Source: Camelus ferus (Eukaryota). Taken from it: a stretch of DNA of 64,000 nucleotides. This document shows positions 13,580 to 27,411 of this stretch, one piece after another (within the stretch, counting starts at the first letter, position 1; each line of letters begins with the position of its first letter). Made by a program: the position numbers and the translations under genes. Location: positions 6,016,001-6,080,000 of the forward strand of contig NC_045696.1 in the NCBI RefSeq assembly GCF_009834535.1, given 5' to 3'. The notes below the pieces were generated by a model. It ran no database searches, was not told the DNA's origin, and saw only the letters and a program-made list of their open reading frames with translations.

Positions 13580-15005
13580 TGCATGACTTTTCAACAAATG
13601 GTGCTAGAACAGTTGGATGGGTATTCACAAGCAAAAGAATAAAACTGTAACCTTATCTCAAAGCAAACACAAAAATTAACTCAAAATGGATCACAGTCCT
13701 GGATATAAGGGCTAACACTATAAAACTTTTAAAAGAAAACACAGGAATACATCTTTGTGGCCTTGAATTGGGCAATAGTCTTTTAGCTACAATACCAAAA
13801 GCACACATGACAAAAGAATAAATATATAAATTGAGCTTTATCAAAATAAAAAACTTCTGTCCTTCAAAGCACAAAATCCACAGAATGAGAGAAAACATTT
13901 GCAGATCACATATCTGAGAATGGACCTCTATCCAGGAAATATACAGCAATTCAGCAACAGAAGGACAAATAAGCCAATCAAAAATGGGCAAAGCATGTAA
14001 ATAGACATTTCTCCAAAGAAAATATACAAATGACCAAAGGATGCTCAACATTATTAGTTGTCCAAGGAATACAAATCAAAACTACAATTTGATATACCTC
14101 ACACTCAGTAGGAAGGCTAAAATTTTAAAAGACAGACTTGGGCAAGAGGCTAGTAGTGTTCACAATTGGTGGTATTTTAAAATAGTACAGTGGCAGTGAC
14201 TTTGGGAAACAGTTTGGCAGATCCTCAAACGTTTAAACATCAAGTTACCAAAAGTCCCAGCAACTCAAGGACCTACTCCATGTGTACTGAAAACATATAT
14301 CCACACAGAAATCTATATACAAGTGTTTCTACCAGCATTATTTGTAATAACTAAGGAGTATAAAAAACCCAAATATCCATCAACTGGTGAACAGATTAAA
14401 CAAATAGTCACTGGAATATTACTGAGCAATAAAAAGGAATGAAATACTGACACATGCTGAATATGGATGAATCTTGAAAACATTATGCTATGTGAAAGGA
14501 ACCAGTCACAAAATACTAGGTGTTGTATATCATTCATAGTAAATGTTCATAATAGGCAAATACATTAAGACAGAAGACAGATTAGTGGCCATAAGGGGCT
14601 TGGAGGAGGGAAGAAAGGGGACTGTTAAGTGGTACAATGTTTATTTTGGAGGTGGTTAAAATGTTTCAAATAAGAGATAATGGTGACATTGCACACATTT
14701 GTGAATACAGTTGACCCCTGAACAACATGGTCTTGAACTGTGTGAGGCCACTTACCTGTGGAATTTTTTTCAGTGATGTAGAACAACATGATCCATGGTT
14801 GGTTGAATCTGCAGATGCAGAACTGTGAATGCAGAGGGCTGACTGTGAAGTTATACATGTATTTTTGACTGCAGCTGGTTGATGCCTAACTCTCGCATTT
14901 TTCCAAGGGTCAACTGTGTACAAAAACCCCACTGAATTAAACACTTTAAAAAGGTGAATTTGGTGGTACGTGAATTATATCTCAATAAAGCTTTTATTTA
15001 AAAAG
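13580..15005 (+). mobile_element. L1MB-like ORF2 end and 3' UTR
   Basis: caacaaatggtgctagaac, aattaactcaaaatggatcaca, ends gtgaattatatctcaataaagc. Confidence 0.8.
14708..14916. mobile_element. Tigger2-derived MITE (MER8-like) nested in L1
   Basis: Terminal inverted repeats cagttgaccc...gggtcaactg, preceded by TA. Confidence 0.8.
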
Positions 15006-15099
15006 TAACACATGGGATTATTATTTGAATTTCTCAAAAAGCATTGGTCATGTAGCACAAGGTTATTCATGACATGCTCATGGTATGAAGTATAGTCCT

Positions 15100-18000
15100 A
15101 CTTTCAGTTAAAATTTAATTTAAACAATAAAATAAGAAATTGAAGTTCCCAATGAAAAAGTTTTTAAAAAGGAAACCAAAAGAGAGCAAAAGAAAGGAAA
15201 TAATGAAGGTAAAATCACTAATTAATGAGGTAGAAACTTTAAGAATAGCAGATCATAATGTAGATCGCGGGAAAAAGCACAACAAAGAACAAAGTAGACA
15301 ACCCTATTCAAGAAAAAAGGGAGACGCACAACTAAGAACACATAAATGACAAGGGGGAAATAATGAATAAAACAAAGGAGGTTAAAAAATAATGAGACCT
15401 ATCTCTGGCCATGAGGGAAGGCAAGGCTCAGACTTCCCCTGTCACTGTAAACAATCTGAAAACTGGACAAGATAGATTAGACAACAGTTTTCAGACTTTA
15501 GACAATTGATACATAGTACTGTGATGCTTATTAACAGAAAAGCAGAAGAGGTAAGTCTTAGACTTGCCCCAGCTTTCTACCTCCAGGCATTATTCAGACC
15601 CTAGATGCTGGAGAGGCAACCTGGACAGAGCTCAGAAGAGACAGAGATCAGAGTTCAGGGAGGCTGGGACTATGTGAGGTCGTAGGGCACAGTTCCAAAT
15701 AGGAGGGATCTACCCAGAAAAAGAGCTGCTGAAACCTGCAGAGGGATTCCTTAGGTGTTTGCTGAGTATTGGATTGCTTCTCGGTACAGTGACCCTTGAC
15801 AGAGATGAGCAAAGAATGACCCGGTGTTGTAAGCTGACTAAGTACCAGAGTCACACAGGGAAGAAAGCAGAATACTTAAATTCCGACCATCAGAGTGGAG
15901 AGTCTTCGGTAACAAGCTGGGGTACTCACTGATGATCCCAGAGCAGTCACACCGTATTTTTAGGACTAAACTATTGATGGAGTGATGTTACTCTAGACCT
16001 TCCCTAACAAAGCTTAAAACCAGGCCTCACAAGGATTAATCTAATCTTTCAAGAAGATTTCACTCCTTCTAAAATAAAGTGCCCCTCTCTGTACAGGGAA
16101 ACAACAAAATCTAGGCACTAAAACATAAAATTTACAGTATCCTGCCAAAATTACAAAAAGCTAAAAAAATAAGTCCAATAAGTGGGGAAGTATTAATATT
16201 TAGGAGTAAATCAGAAATTACAGAGATGATGGAATTAGTAGACAGGGACACTATATCAGAAATTATAACTACACTTCAATATTTAAAGGAAAACATAAAC
16301 ATAATGAGGAGAGGAATGGAATACATTAAAGGGAACTAAATGGAAATTAAAGAGCTGAAGCATATAGTAGGAGAAATTTAAAAAACATTAGTGGAAGGAA
16401 TAATAGTATATTAGATACTGCAGAAGATCAATGAACTTGTGAATATAACAATAGAATTTATGCAAAAGGAAGAATAGAGAAAAAAGACTGAGATAAAATA
16501 CGCTGAGATTCAGTGATCTGTGGAACAATTTCAAGCCCTCTACTACAATGGTAATTGAAATCCCTGAAAGAGAGGAAAGCAGAAAATTATTTTAATAATG
16601 TCTCCAAGTTTGATGAAAATTAAATAGGTAGAGAAGCTCAGCAAATCTAAAGTAGGATAAACACACGCACACTTACACACAGTGCATCATAAAGCATCAC
16701 AATAAAACAGCTAAAAACCAGTGATAGAAAAATTCTTAAAAGCAAAGCAAAGAGCAAAAATGAGCACACGTGCAAAGGAACAAAGGGGAGAATGACTGCA
16801 GATTTCCTGCCAGAAACTATGCAGGCCAGACATAAAGGAATGATGTATTAAAGGAAGAGAGGTTAATGATAGATAGATGGATGGATAGATAGATAAATGG
16901 ATAGATAATAAATCCTGTCAACTTATAGTTCTGTATTTGGGGAAAATAATATTTTGAAAATAGAATTAGAATAAAATCTTTTTCAGACAAACAACAGCTG
17001 CCATAATTCACTTTCGGGAGCTTTGCTCTACAATAAATTGATGCCACATTCTTTGTATCACAGGACTGTGAAACTTGTGGCCACATGAAGGCTTGGATCT
17101 ATATAAGGAAATGGAGAGTGCAAACAATTGGGAAATACATGATAAATATTTTTTTTAGCCTCCTTTAAAAATTCTTTTCAAAGATAATTGGATATTTAAG
17201 GCAACATGTAAAAATGTATTATGGGTTTACTATACGAGAAATAAAATGTGACAGTAACAAAATAGCACAAATAGCAGGAAAAAATAGAAGTATAATGTTA
17301 AAACGATTGCAAATTATACATGAAGTGGCATAATGTTATTTCTATACGGACTGTGATAAGTTAAAGTTGAATACTGTAAACCTTAGAGTAATCACCTTAA
17401 AAATAATGAAATAAAAAAGTATAGCTTATCAGGCAATAGTATATGTAAATAGAACAGTAAAAAATATTACATATTTAATCCAAAAGAAAGTAGGAAAAGA
17501 GGAAAAAAGGACAAATAAAAAAAAGTAGCAAGATGGTAAGTTTAAATTCAACCTTATTGATAACTGTAACACATGTAATAGTCTACACACGAAAGACAGA
17601 GCTTCTAAGATAAAGAAGAAAGACAAAACTGTGTGATCCACAAACAAAACCTGCTTTAAATGTGGTGACAAAGATACGTAAAAGGATAGAAATAGATATA
17701 CCACAAAAACAGAAAACAAAATTAAGTAAGAATGGCTTCATTAACATCAGAGAAAATAGACTTCAGAAGAAGAATTGATTCATATGGATAAAGAATAATA
17801 TTTCATACTGATTGAGGTCAATTTACCACAAAACATGAGAATCCTAAAAATGTACATTTACAGTAAATAAAGCAAAAACCAGCAGGCTTGACAGACTAGG
17901 CGAACCAAGTTGGAAATTATAGCATTCCTTTCTTAATAATTCATAGAACAAGTAAGCAGAAACTCAGTAAGGATAGTTTCCCCCAACTTGGCCTAACTGA

Positions 18001-18900
18001 CGTAAAACCGTCTGCCAACATCAGCAGAACAAACCATTCAAGTGCACGTGGAACGTACACCACGAAAGACTGTGTGCTGAGTCGAAGGATGAGCCTCGGC
18101 AAATTTTAAAAGGATTGAAATCATACAAAGTTTCTGCTTTGCTTAGCAGCAGACTTTAATAAGAAATCAACAACAGAAGAATATCTGGAAAATCTTCAAA
18201 TATTTGGAAATTAAACGCATATTTCTAAATAACCCATTGGTCAAAAAAGCAGCCACAAGGGCGGTTAATAATATTTTGAACTAAATAAGAATAAAAATTC
18301 AATTTGCGAAGTACAGCTTAAAAAAAAGGAATTAAACTTCACCTTAAAATGCTAGAAAAGGGGGGGAAAAGCAAATTAAATCCAAAAATAGGAAGAAGGA
18401 AATAATAAACTTTAAAAGTAGAAAATCAATGAAATAGAAATGACAGAAAAGAATAACATGGGCGAAACCCACGGTTGAGTCTTTGAGAAAAATACTCAAC
18501 GAAAGTGATAAACCTTTAACCAGACTTATTCAGGAAAAAAGGGAGAAGATGTAACACCACGTCAGGCCTGACACCAAAGCATCACTGCAAATACTACCGC
18601 TTTTAGAAGGATAATAGAAAATACGAGCAATGTTGCTCCAGTTACTTCAATAACTTAAAATAAATGATAAATTATTTGTTACAATACTGCTTTGGTTTGT
18701 ATTAAAGAATGTCCTTATGTTAAGGGTCTCCACGCAGAAATATTTGAAGCGCAACGCACTTTGAAACGATCTGGCACAATTTTGACAATGAGTGGACTGA
18801 AATTTTGAATCTAATTGGTGGGTGTACACATGTTTATCATGTTCTTATTTTACCTTTTCTGAATATTCTAGCATGTTCATGATACAAATTTGGTAAAAAA
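15100..18900 (+). mobile_element. Degenerate old L1 (5' region, ORF1 and ORF2 endonuclease remnants)
   Basis: A-rich L1 motifs, e.g. gaaattaaacgcatatttctaaataacccattggtcaaa and aaaatcaatgaaatagaaa. Confidence 0.7.
16868..16905. repeat. (GATA/GGAT)n microsatellite
   Basis: gatagatagatggatggatagatagataaatggataga. Confidence 0.8.
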
Positions 18901-21900
18901 TAAATCAGATATAAATGCTTGTCAGTAGAGAGGCCCTCAGCCCAGATTAGTCATTTGCAAACAGGCTAATGCTGGGAAGACAGTGTCACGACCTTATAGC
19001 CGGGCGGGCAGTGTTGTGACCTTCCCTCTGTGTCAGGACAAAACTTCTCGGTGGTGATGCTGGTGGGCTGAGGGCCCTCCTACAAGTTGGACACAGAGAA
19101 GAAGGACCTAGATCACTGGATGACCAGTCTGGCCCTTTCAGCGGCAGCAAGAGCCAACAACAATATTGAGCAGCTTAATCTGAGACGTCCAGCTACTAAC
19201 AACAACTTATAAAGTGCCCGGGGCAGTCAGCCTCGGGCCTTGCTCTGTAAACAGAGGCCTGACCTACTTAACTCTTCCCAGAGGTTGGAAAGAGGTCTTG
19301 ACTCACACAGACACAAAACTCAGCCTAATTGGGTACTAATTACGCAGCAGAGCTTTGTTTACCCAAACGTCCCGTAAACCAAGTTTGGTATGAAATGAGA
19401 GCACGCATGCAGAAACAAGATCACTGCTAGGAAAGTGGCACGCATTGGTGGACTCAGTCCTGCAAGTCCTTTTTTTCAGGCACGATGTTGCTAACTGCAC
19501 GAGAGTAAACAAGACCTGAGTTGATAAATCCTACCTTTAGGGGCTGAGTGCAGCTTTACCACTTTCCTAAGGTGATGCGTGTTTGGAATGGGTGAAATCA
19601 GAAGTAAGAATCGTTGGCCACCTGAAGCCACACGGGATGAGACGAGCAGAATTCCCCACACTTCTCTGTATCTTTGTGATGAGGGTATCTGTCCGGGAAA
19701 CAGACTATTGCGTGTTTATGAAAAGAGGGCTGCTAATGTGAGTTTCTTTTGGCCTGGGGTCCTGGTGATGTTAGGGTGCCCAGCCCTGCTCCCTGTCTGA
19801 GGAGGGACCTGAGAGGGGGCCACGGGGAGGAAGAGCGTCAAAACTCTCTTGCAGGACAAAATCGAACCACTTACTACTTATCTTATTCTCTTATGATCCA
19901 TTTGTTCAAGAAATGGAGCATCCCAACCACTCGACACTATTACAGACACGAGATGTAGTGGAGAAAAAGACAAAATAAGTTGCTGTTTTTACGCAGCTTA
20001 CCTTGTGGTTGATATTGTAACATCAAAATTATTTAAATAAGGAAAAGAGATGTGAGGAAAGCTGTGCACTTGAAAAATCTGGGCTCTCATCCCGGCTTTG
20101 CAGCGAGCTTATTGGGGACCCTGAGTGATGAGGCTTTGACCTCCCCTAGAGCTCGAGGGCTCATCCATCGGGGGTGGGACCTTGACCAGAGTCCCAGCAG
20201 CAGCCCCGCCCACCTGCTCTTCACAGGCGAGATCTGAGTACATCCAGCTGGGAAGGGCGTGGGCTTTCTTGGTTGCTCAGTTACTGAATCTCTGATCTTG
20301 GTCACGTCATTTAATCTGGCTGAGCTTCAGTTTTCTTGCCGCAAAATGAGGTGACAATGTTTGCTCAAGTGAGAGGTCACAGGGCAAGGCACCCACCTCC
20401 ACTCCTGAAGGCGGTCGTACCGGCTGCAGCTCCTTGGGGGGCTCCCACGTGAAAAAAGTTTGTAGTGCGAAGATAAGGATCATTTTGCTAGTGAAGCAAC
20501 CAAGAAATTGGGCAATTTCCCCCAATTGCTCCATCAGCGGATGCCCAAGCTAAGAGGGTTTGCCTCACAACAGAAAAGGCGTCCTAACCACCTTCCTCCT
20601 TCTGACCATCTTTGGTCTGAAGAACTGGGAAATCTCCTTCAAACGAAAATAATTCCTGCTGGCGCGTATACTCATCATCCACACTAAGTGTATGTTCCTT
20701 TTGGAACTGTGTCCATTTTAGCACATCAGGGCCATTTGTCATGCAGCCCGTCCTGCTTGGAGCGACCAGGGCTCCAGGCTGCTGTGCGGTGCCGTCTGCC
20801 ACGCGGGTGAGCCGGGCAGAGGACGCCCTCCTGGGTCCACGTGTGAGGGGAAGACTGTGACAGTGGTCCTCTCACCCCTCGGGGGCCTCACGGTAGCAAC
20901 ATCGAGGGCAAAGCTGGAGCAGTGGTCCAATATAATGTCCTAATTTCTTCTAATTTCCGGGACATGATAAACGACTAACAACACAAGACTGGGATCAGGA
21001 ACTTACAGAGAACCCAGACAAATCACTAAGAAAAAGACAAACAAACCAATTTAAAAATGGGCAAAAGTGCTGAGCAGGTGTTTTACAACAGAGCAGGGGG
21101 TCTGCAAACCAAGGCCCCTCAGACCAAACCCTACCTGTCCCCCATGGGGGGCCAGCAGCCTTTCCCCCTCAGTTGATGGGCCAGGGGTGGTGATGAGGAG
21201 CTCTGGCTGGGGGAGAAGGGCTGCCCTTCCAGGAGGGCGCGCGGCCTGTGTGAGCCCCGGGCGAGGGAGTGAGGGACTCCATCTGTCACTCCGGCAACAG
21301 GAGGAGGACGGCTGAGCCCCGCGCCAGGCATAGCAGTTCACAGGGCGTTCGCGGGCTTGGCCCTCCGTGCTGAGGCGGGGGCGCTGGCCGGGGTTTTATG
21401 CTGATTGGTGGCAGAGCCTCCCGGATTTGGTTTCCTCACCATCGTGCTATGAATCAGGGGAGGGGGCGGGGGCTTTACATCTTGTCTACTCTGTGCTTGG
21501 GGGTCATGGGAACGCCCGCTAGTCACAGATTCCACACTGTTTCCTCTGCCCTTTTATCTCGCTCAGAAATTAGTTGCCATGACTTGGCCTTAACTTCGCC
21601 CAGAAGGAAAAAAAAAAGAAAAAAATGTATATACACACACATACACACACATATCTTTCTGTCTGCAGGTGTATGTATCTGCAGCCTATTTTTAATAAAT
21701 CTTAATATTGGGGTAAGAGCTGCCTTATCCTTATCCTGTCCAGAGAGCCCAGTGATGGGCAGAGATTTGATTTCAGCTGAAAGATTCTGTGCGGTGCCTG
21801 AAACGAGCTATTTAGGAGGCGCGGGGAATAGACTTGCCCACTAGTTCTCAGCTTGCAACTCGAATCTACCAGGTTTTGTTCATCCTGACCATTTGATTAG

Positions 21901-24359
21901 GACTTAAAATTTCACCAGCAGTGGAAACAGGAGAGAGTATTCAAACAGAAAACCAGCCCCACACCAGCCGTCACTGAAACGAGTGACAAAATCGCATCCG
22001 TGAGAATTCGCCGAGGCCAAGCTCAGAGGCTGCTGGGGGATGCAATGGCAGGAAAGTGGTGTTTGCGGATGACGTGAGAGCCCCGTACATCTGTGCAGTT
22101 AGGGCCCTTTTCCTCTGGCGTCGCTAATGCCTCCCAGGGTCTGAGGATGGAGGGGCCAGCTAGGACCACTTCTGCGTCTTCCCTCTCGCGAGGAGGATGG
22201 CTTGGGCAGGTGTGGGCCGTGTGTGTGCAGCTGCTGCAGCCGCGGCCTCGGGGAAGTTCAGGAAGATGGGGCCTCGGGCCTGGGTTTCAAAGGTCCGGGA
22301 GTAACCCTCCGTCAGATATTCAGATGGACATCGCCACTGTCTTGGCCGGGGACAAAAAAGCCTGAGTCTTGCCCCTTGTGGCCTCTCCTCCCCCAGGGGA
22401 GGGGCAGCACCTCCCCAGAAGCTTCCCCGGGAGGGAGATGCTCCCTGCACCCACAGAGTAGGAGCCCTAGCCTCAGACCTGCTCCCAGGAGGAGCCGCTG
22501 TGTGCTTGACAGGTCATGGGCCAGGGCTGAGCCCTCAGCTCATGGTCTCCACTCTGTTCCCTGGGGAGTTGGAAGCCAGCAGAACAGTCCCCCTTCCCGA
22601 GGGCCCACAGGGAGAGTGCCGTGGCCATGGGCAGGGGTGACCCCAGAGGGAGGATGCCTTGTAAACTCAGAAACAGGGGCGCTTGTCCCTACTTTTATAC
22701 TTGTAAAGTATGAACCCAGGTGTGGTCCACTGCACCTATGTGCTGTCTTCCCTTGTCTGTTCTGATGGACTCTGTGACTTCAGACAGAGTGTTCTACTTA
22801 AGACAGAGTTTGCTATCGGCAGAATTACTATAACACATAACTAACAGGATATGTTCACATGCAAGCATCAGAAACTCAGCCCCACCTGGCTGAAGCCTGA
22901 AAGGGGACTCATTGACTCAGGGCATTTACAAGACTAGGATATGGGACTTCAGGAACAGCTGGATCCAGGGTCCAGGTCTCCGGACTCTGGCTCTCTCCAT
23001 CTTCATGGCTTCACGGCTTCACAGCTTTCTCTGTAGTAGCTTAGTTCTCAAGCAGGAGATCTCCATAAGGGTCAAGATGACCAACAGTGCCATCAGGATT
23101 ACCAACGGTCACTGGATTCTGGGTGCCCATGATTCCAGATGGAGAGAAGTCCCCTCTTTCTTAGTGTCTGTATTGGTCTGTGGAAGAAGACTGGGTCTGG
23201 GCATGTGGGGGTCTCACACCCACCCCCTACTGAGGGGCTGGAGGTCATTCCTAGGTTGAGGAAGGCAGTTCGCAGAAAGCTGGGAAGGGGGCAGAGATGC
23301 GGGGCTGGCCAGACACCTGGCTTCCAGTCCAAGGGCTCAGAGACCAGCCTCCCGTGGGGGTGTGTTCCCTGGCATCTGGCAGGAGCTGGGAGATGGCGAA
23401 TAGCAGGGATTGGAGGAGACAAACAGCCTCTAAAAACCCCTGCCTGCTGACGACCTCACAACCCTGGAAACCTGAGAAAGTCACTGTAAGGAGGAGAGAG
23501 GGCTGCAAGTCCCTCCCGCCCAGCGCAGGTGACAGACCCCCCCCCCCCCCCAGTGAGTGCAGAGCTCTCTCCAACCTGTGCCCCTGGATTCATGGAGCTG
23601 ACATTTAAAACATGTTCCACCCCTGGGTTCCTTTGAGAGACCGGAGCATCTCTGAACTGAATATCCAGGTGAACCGAGAGAATGCTGGGAGAGACCACCT
23701 CCTTGGAAGTCCCTGCCCTCAGCACCTGTTTCTCTGGAGGAGTTTGGGGAGGACTCAGGACCAGGCTCCCTGGTGACCCTTCACCTCCCCAGGTCCCGCT
23801 CAGAGCCAGGGCTGAGTCCTTTCCAGTCCCGACCTGCTGTCCCCAGCGTGGCCATCACAGAAGAGTCCAGAGACCTGACTCCTCAGGGTCCACGAATGAA
23901 CGTGGTTGGGGGAAAAAAAAAACCTGACATTTTAATTTTCACTAGCCTCCAACTAAAACTTAGCATCATCTTCAATTTTGAAATAGAGGTGACACATTAC
24001 AGCAGCATTAGCAGGACTGGAAACCTCATCACCAATTGAAAGTACAGACATCTCATACTGCACGAATGTGTCGTGGAATCTTGAAATCCCACTTCTGCTC
24101 ATCACTGCTTTGAAACTGCAATAATTATTAAATCCACCACTGATCATGTTCTACGTGTTACAAAGAAGCACATATGTGACTGTCCCACAACTCTATGTCA
24201 GTGTGCATCTCAGCTGGTCTCATTGGCCATCCTCTGAATTTTATTTTATACATCTAAAAATATGATTCTGAGAAGAGGCCCACAGCACTCCCAGTCTGCC
24301 ACAGGGAACCACAGAACTTCCCACGTACCAACACTGTGTTATGAGGTTTACAGGTGTTA

Positions 24360-24515
24360 TTAAGAGAATTCCCACAACCACCCTATGAAGTAGGTATTAA
24401 GAATTCCCCCATTTAACTGATGAAAAGACTGAGGCTCACAGAGTGGGTAAATTTCCCCAGGACACAGAGCCAGTAAGTGGCAGAGTTGGAATTCAAATCC
24501 AGAAAGTCTGGCTGG
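24360..24515 (-). mobile_element. MIR SINE
   Basis: caaccaccctatgaagtaggt...gactgaggctcacagag...agtggcagagttggaattcaaatccag. Confidence 0.8.
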
Positions 24516-26010
24516 GAGCCGACCTCACCTCCTTGACTCAGAGGTGACAGTCAAGTTGTGGTCCAGCGAGGGAGCAGATGTCAGACCTGTTCCCAAGGCC
24601 AGTACACCCTCCAAATAGGTTCACAGAAAGATGTGAACAGAGCAGATGCCGGTGGGCTCCCTGAGGGGCCTTAGAAGGACATCCTTGAGGGAGGACAGGC
24701 AGGAACAAGAGAATCTGCCTCAGGCTCTGCCCTGGGACCCTTGGGGTTTTTTTTCCAAACACTCCTTGTATATAGTGTTTCCCAAACTTTTACTATCTGT
24801 GATATTTGATCTACCCTCAGACAGCTGATTTTAGATGTTTTTTTTTTTTTCCCAAAGAGTCATCCAAAATTTTCAAACAATGAAGAGGAGATGCTGTTTC
24901 AGGCTGGTAGGAATATTGTCAGTGTCTGATCAGGGAGAGAGGTGGTGTCCCCACTCTTCCCCAGATCTCTCCATCTCTTTCAATGATAGAGAACTTGAAC
25001 CATCCAGAGGGTTTCTTTTCTTATTATTTAAACTGGAAATCCCAGCTCGCTGTGAAAGGTCATAGTGACTGGCAGTGAATAAAAAATCAATGGCTTGGAG
25101 AGGACTTAGGTCCAAATAGACCCAAAAACCAGGGAGAGATTTCTCCCTGAAGAAATCTTTCTGAAGAAAGCGCTCTGCTTTCCTGAAGGATCTCAGATGC
25201 TTCCGGGAAAGCCCAAGTCACTGGGAGGTGGGGGGGACCACTAACTCCCCTCCCCACCCCCACCACTCCCACCCCTGGCGGGTCCTCACCACCCAGCAGG
25301 TCCCTTCCCCTCAGAAGCTCCTCTCCCTGAATTACACATCGGTGGGGTTTACTTGAAGTGATTAACTGAACGTCACATAGAAATGGAAACCGAACTAGAG
25401 AGATGAGTAAGATATCCACTCACCTGACTTATCAGTGAGAAACACTGAATGCAGTCCTTTTCCCAGTAATTCCATCAGCATGTTTGCAAGTGCTCCTGAC
25501 TCAGGGAAAAGGTTCCCCACTGGCTCTAAGAGCCCGGTGCCCACCGAGCCTCAGTCTGTGTGGGGTTGGGGTGGACCTTGAGTAGATCTAAGCGGGACCG
25601 ATGTGGGAAGAGAAGGTGAAGAAGGGAAGGAGGATGGGAGGTGGGAAAGATGGGGGAAAGAGGTGGGACGGGGAGGGAAGGGGAGGCGGGAGGCTGATGG
25701 GGACAAGACTGAGCTGGGCGGACAGGGAAGGGAAGGGGCGGAGACTCTGCTCTTCAGAGACACGGGTTCAGGCCCTGCTCTGGCCCCACCAGCTACGGGA
25801 CTCCAACCTGCTTCTCACCTGGAGACTGGAGACCCCACGCACACCTCAGAGGATCGCGTGAGGGCTGTCACCTGCACGTAGATAGGGAGGTGGGCGCCCA
25901 GATGTTGGAAAGGCAGGTGACGTAGGCCTGATGTGGCCTGTCACCGGGAGCCGCTGCTCACCTGGGCTTCAAGGACAGAGCTTTCTTCAGTGTCTGAGCT
26001 CAGTCCCTGT

Positions 26011-26024
26011 GTTGCCATGGAAAC
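26011..26024. promoter_or_regulatory. RFX X-box motif GTTGCCATGGAAAC
   Basis: Exact match to the palindromic consensus GTTNCCATGGNAAC; function untested. Confidence 0.45.
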
Positions 26025-27330
26025 CACTCCCACTCCTCCACCTGCTCTTCTCTCTCAACCATCCTGGTCCTTCTGGATCAGATGCCCGCGGCCGCCCCCC
26101 GTCAGGAGCTGCCGCACCAGAGATGGCGCCGTGGTCCCCAGAGCCCCAGGGCAGCCCAGCTGCCAGCCAGCTTCTCCTCCCTGAAGCTCTCGATATGGGG
26201 GCCCCGGCCCCCAGTCGTCTGTTGGCCCCAGTCCCACAGGAACCGAGCTGGGGGTGTCAGTGCTCAGGGCCCTGTCATTTCACCCCATTCCCAGTGTGTT
26301 CTCAGCATCTCAGTGACCCAAGAATCACTGAGGGAGACCAGACTTTCCACACTTGTCTCTTTCTCCCTGAGCTCAAAGTGTGAAATACGGGTTTCACGTT
26401 TCACTGGCAACATCATTCTTACCAGCACACCCCACCCCCACTCCATGTCCTGCCGTGGTTTCCTGGCCACCTCAGTGTCACAGCTCAGAGACTATAAATA
26501 GCAAGTCCCTTTTCCAAACGTCCTCTGGTAAATGGCGTGGCCCTGGAAACCAGGCTGCGCTGTCTTCCAGGTGGGAGTGACCGGTAAAATTAAACCTCGG
26601 TTTCTTAATAACTCTCTTTTTCTTTAAACAAAACAAAACAAAAAAACCCATCTCTTTTTCTATGCATACAATTTAGAAATCTTTTCTCTATATACACAAA
26701 TTGTACCTGCATTATTTTTATTTTTTCTTGTTTAACTAAAAATTTTTTCTCTTTAGTTTTACATTTTCCTTTGGTACTGAAATAACAAAATCGCCTTGTA
26801 CATGCTTTGTAGTCTTTCTGTGTGTGTGTAAGTCTGTGTGTAATGTGTGTGTGTGTCCGTATGTGATTATCACCAATAGAAAACTTTTGTTTTCACTTTA
26901 TATAATTGAAAAATGTCTAAACAACAAACGGTATTTTAAACAAAATGATAAAGGTTAAAAATATAATAAAGCAACAAAAAAAGAGAGCAAAATGTCAACT
27001 CCTCTAACTTATCCAATGATTTTAGACCATTTAATAAAAATTTATGAAGTTTGAGTGGTACTGTGATGAAATGGTTTTTTTTTTTTGCATTGTGTTTTAA
27101 AAACAATCTAATTTGTTCAAGCAAATATAAGATTACCTGTACAGATTTCTAATAACAGCTCAGAGAAGATAGAAATGGTTTTCATTATTTCAAATATCTC
27201 TATCCATGTTAAATTCCAATGATGGCTTAAGAAGTAGTGATTTAAATTAAATACATTCCTTACACAATCTTATTCTACAGGATGCAAGACATACGAATAA
27301 ATTATTCATAAGAATCGCATTAAATGAAAC

Positions 27331-27336
27331 TTTATT
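27331..27336 (-). terminator. Candidate polyadenylation signal for retrogene copy A
   Basis: AATAAA about 170 nt after the stop, inside AT-rich UTR-like sequence. Confidence 0.55.
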
Positions 27337-27411
27337 TGAAAAAAACCTTACAAACTATAACTTATAAACTATATGAATGAAAAATCAGTTATGTTACAGG
27401 AGCTAAACTAA

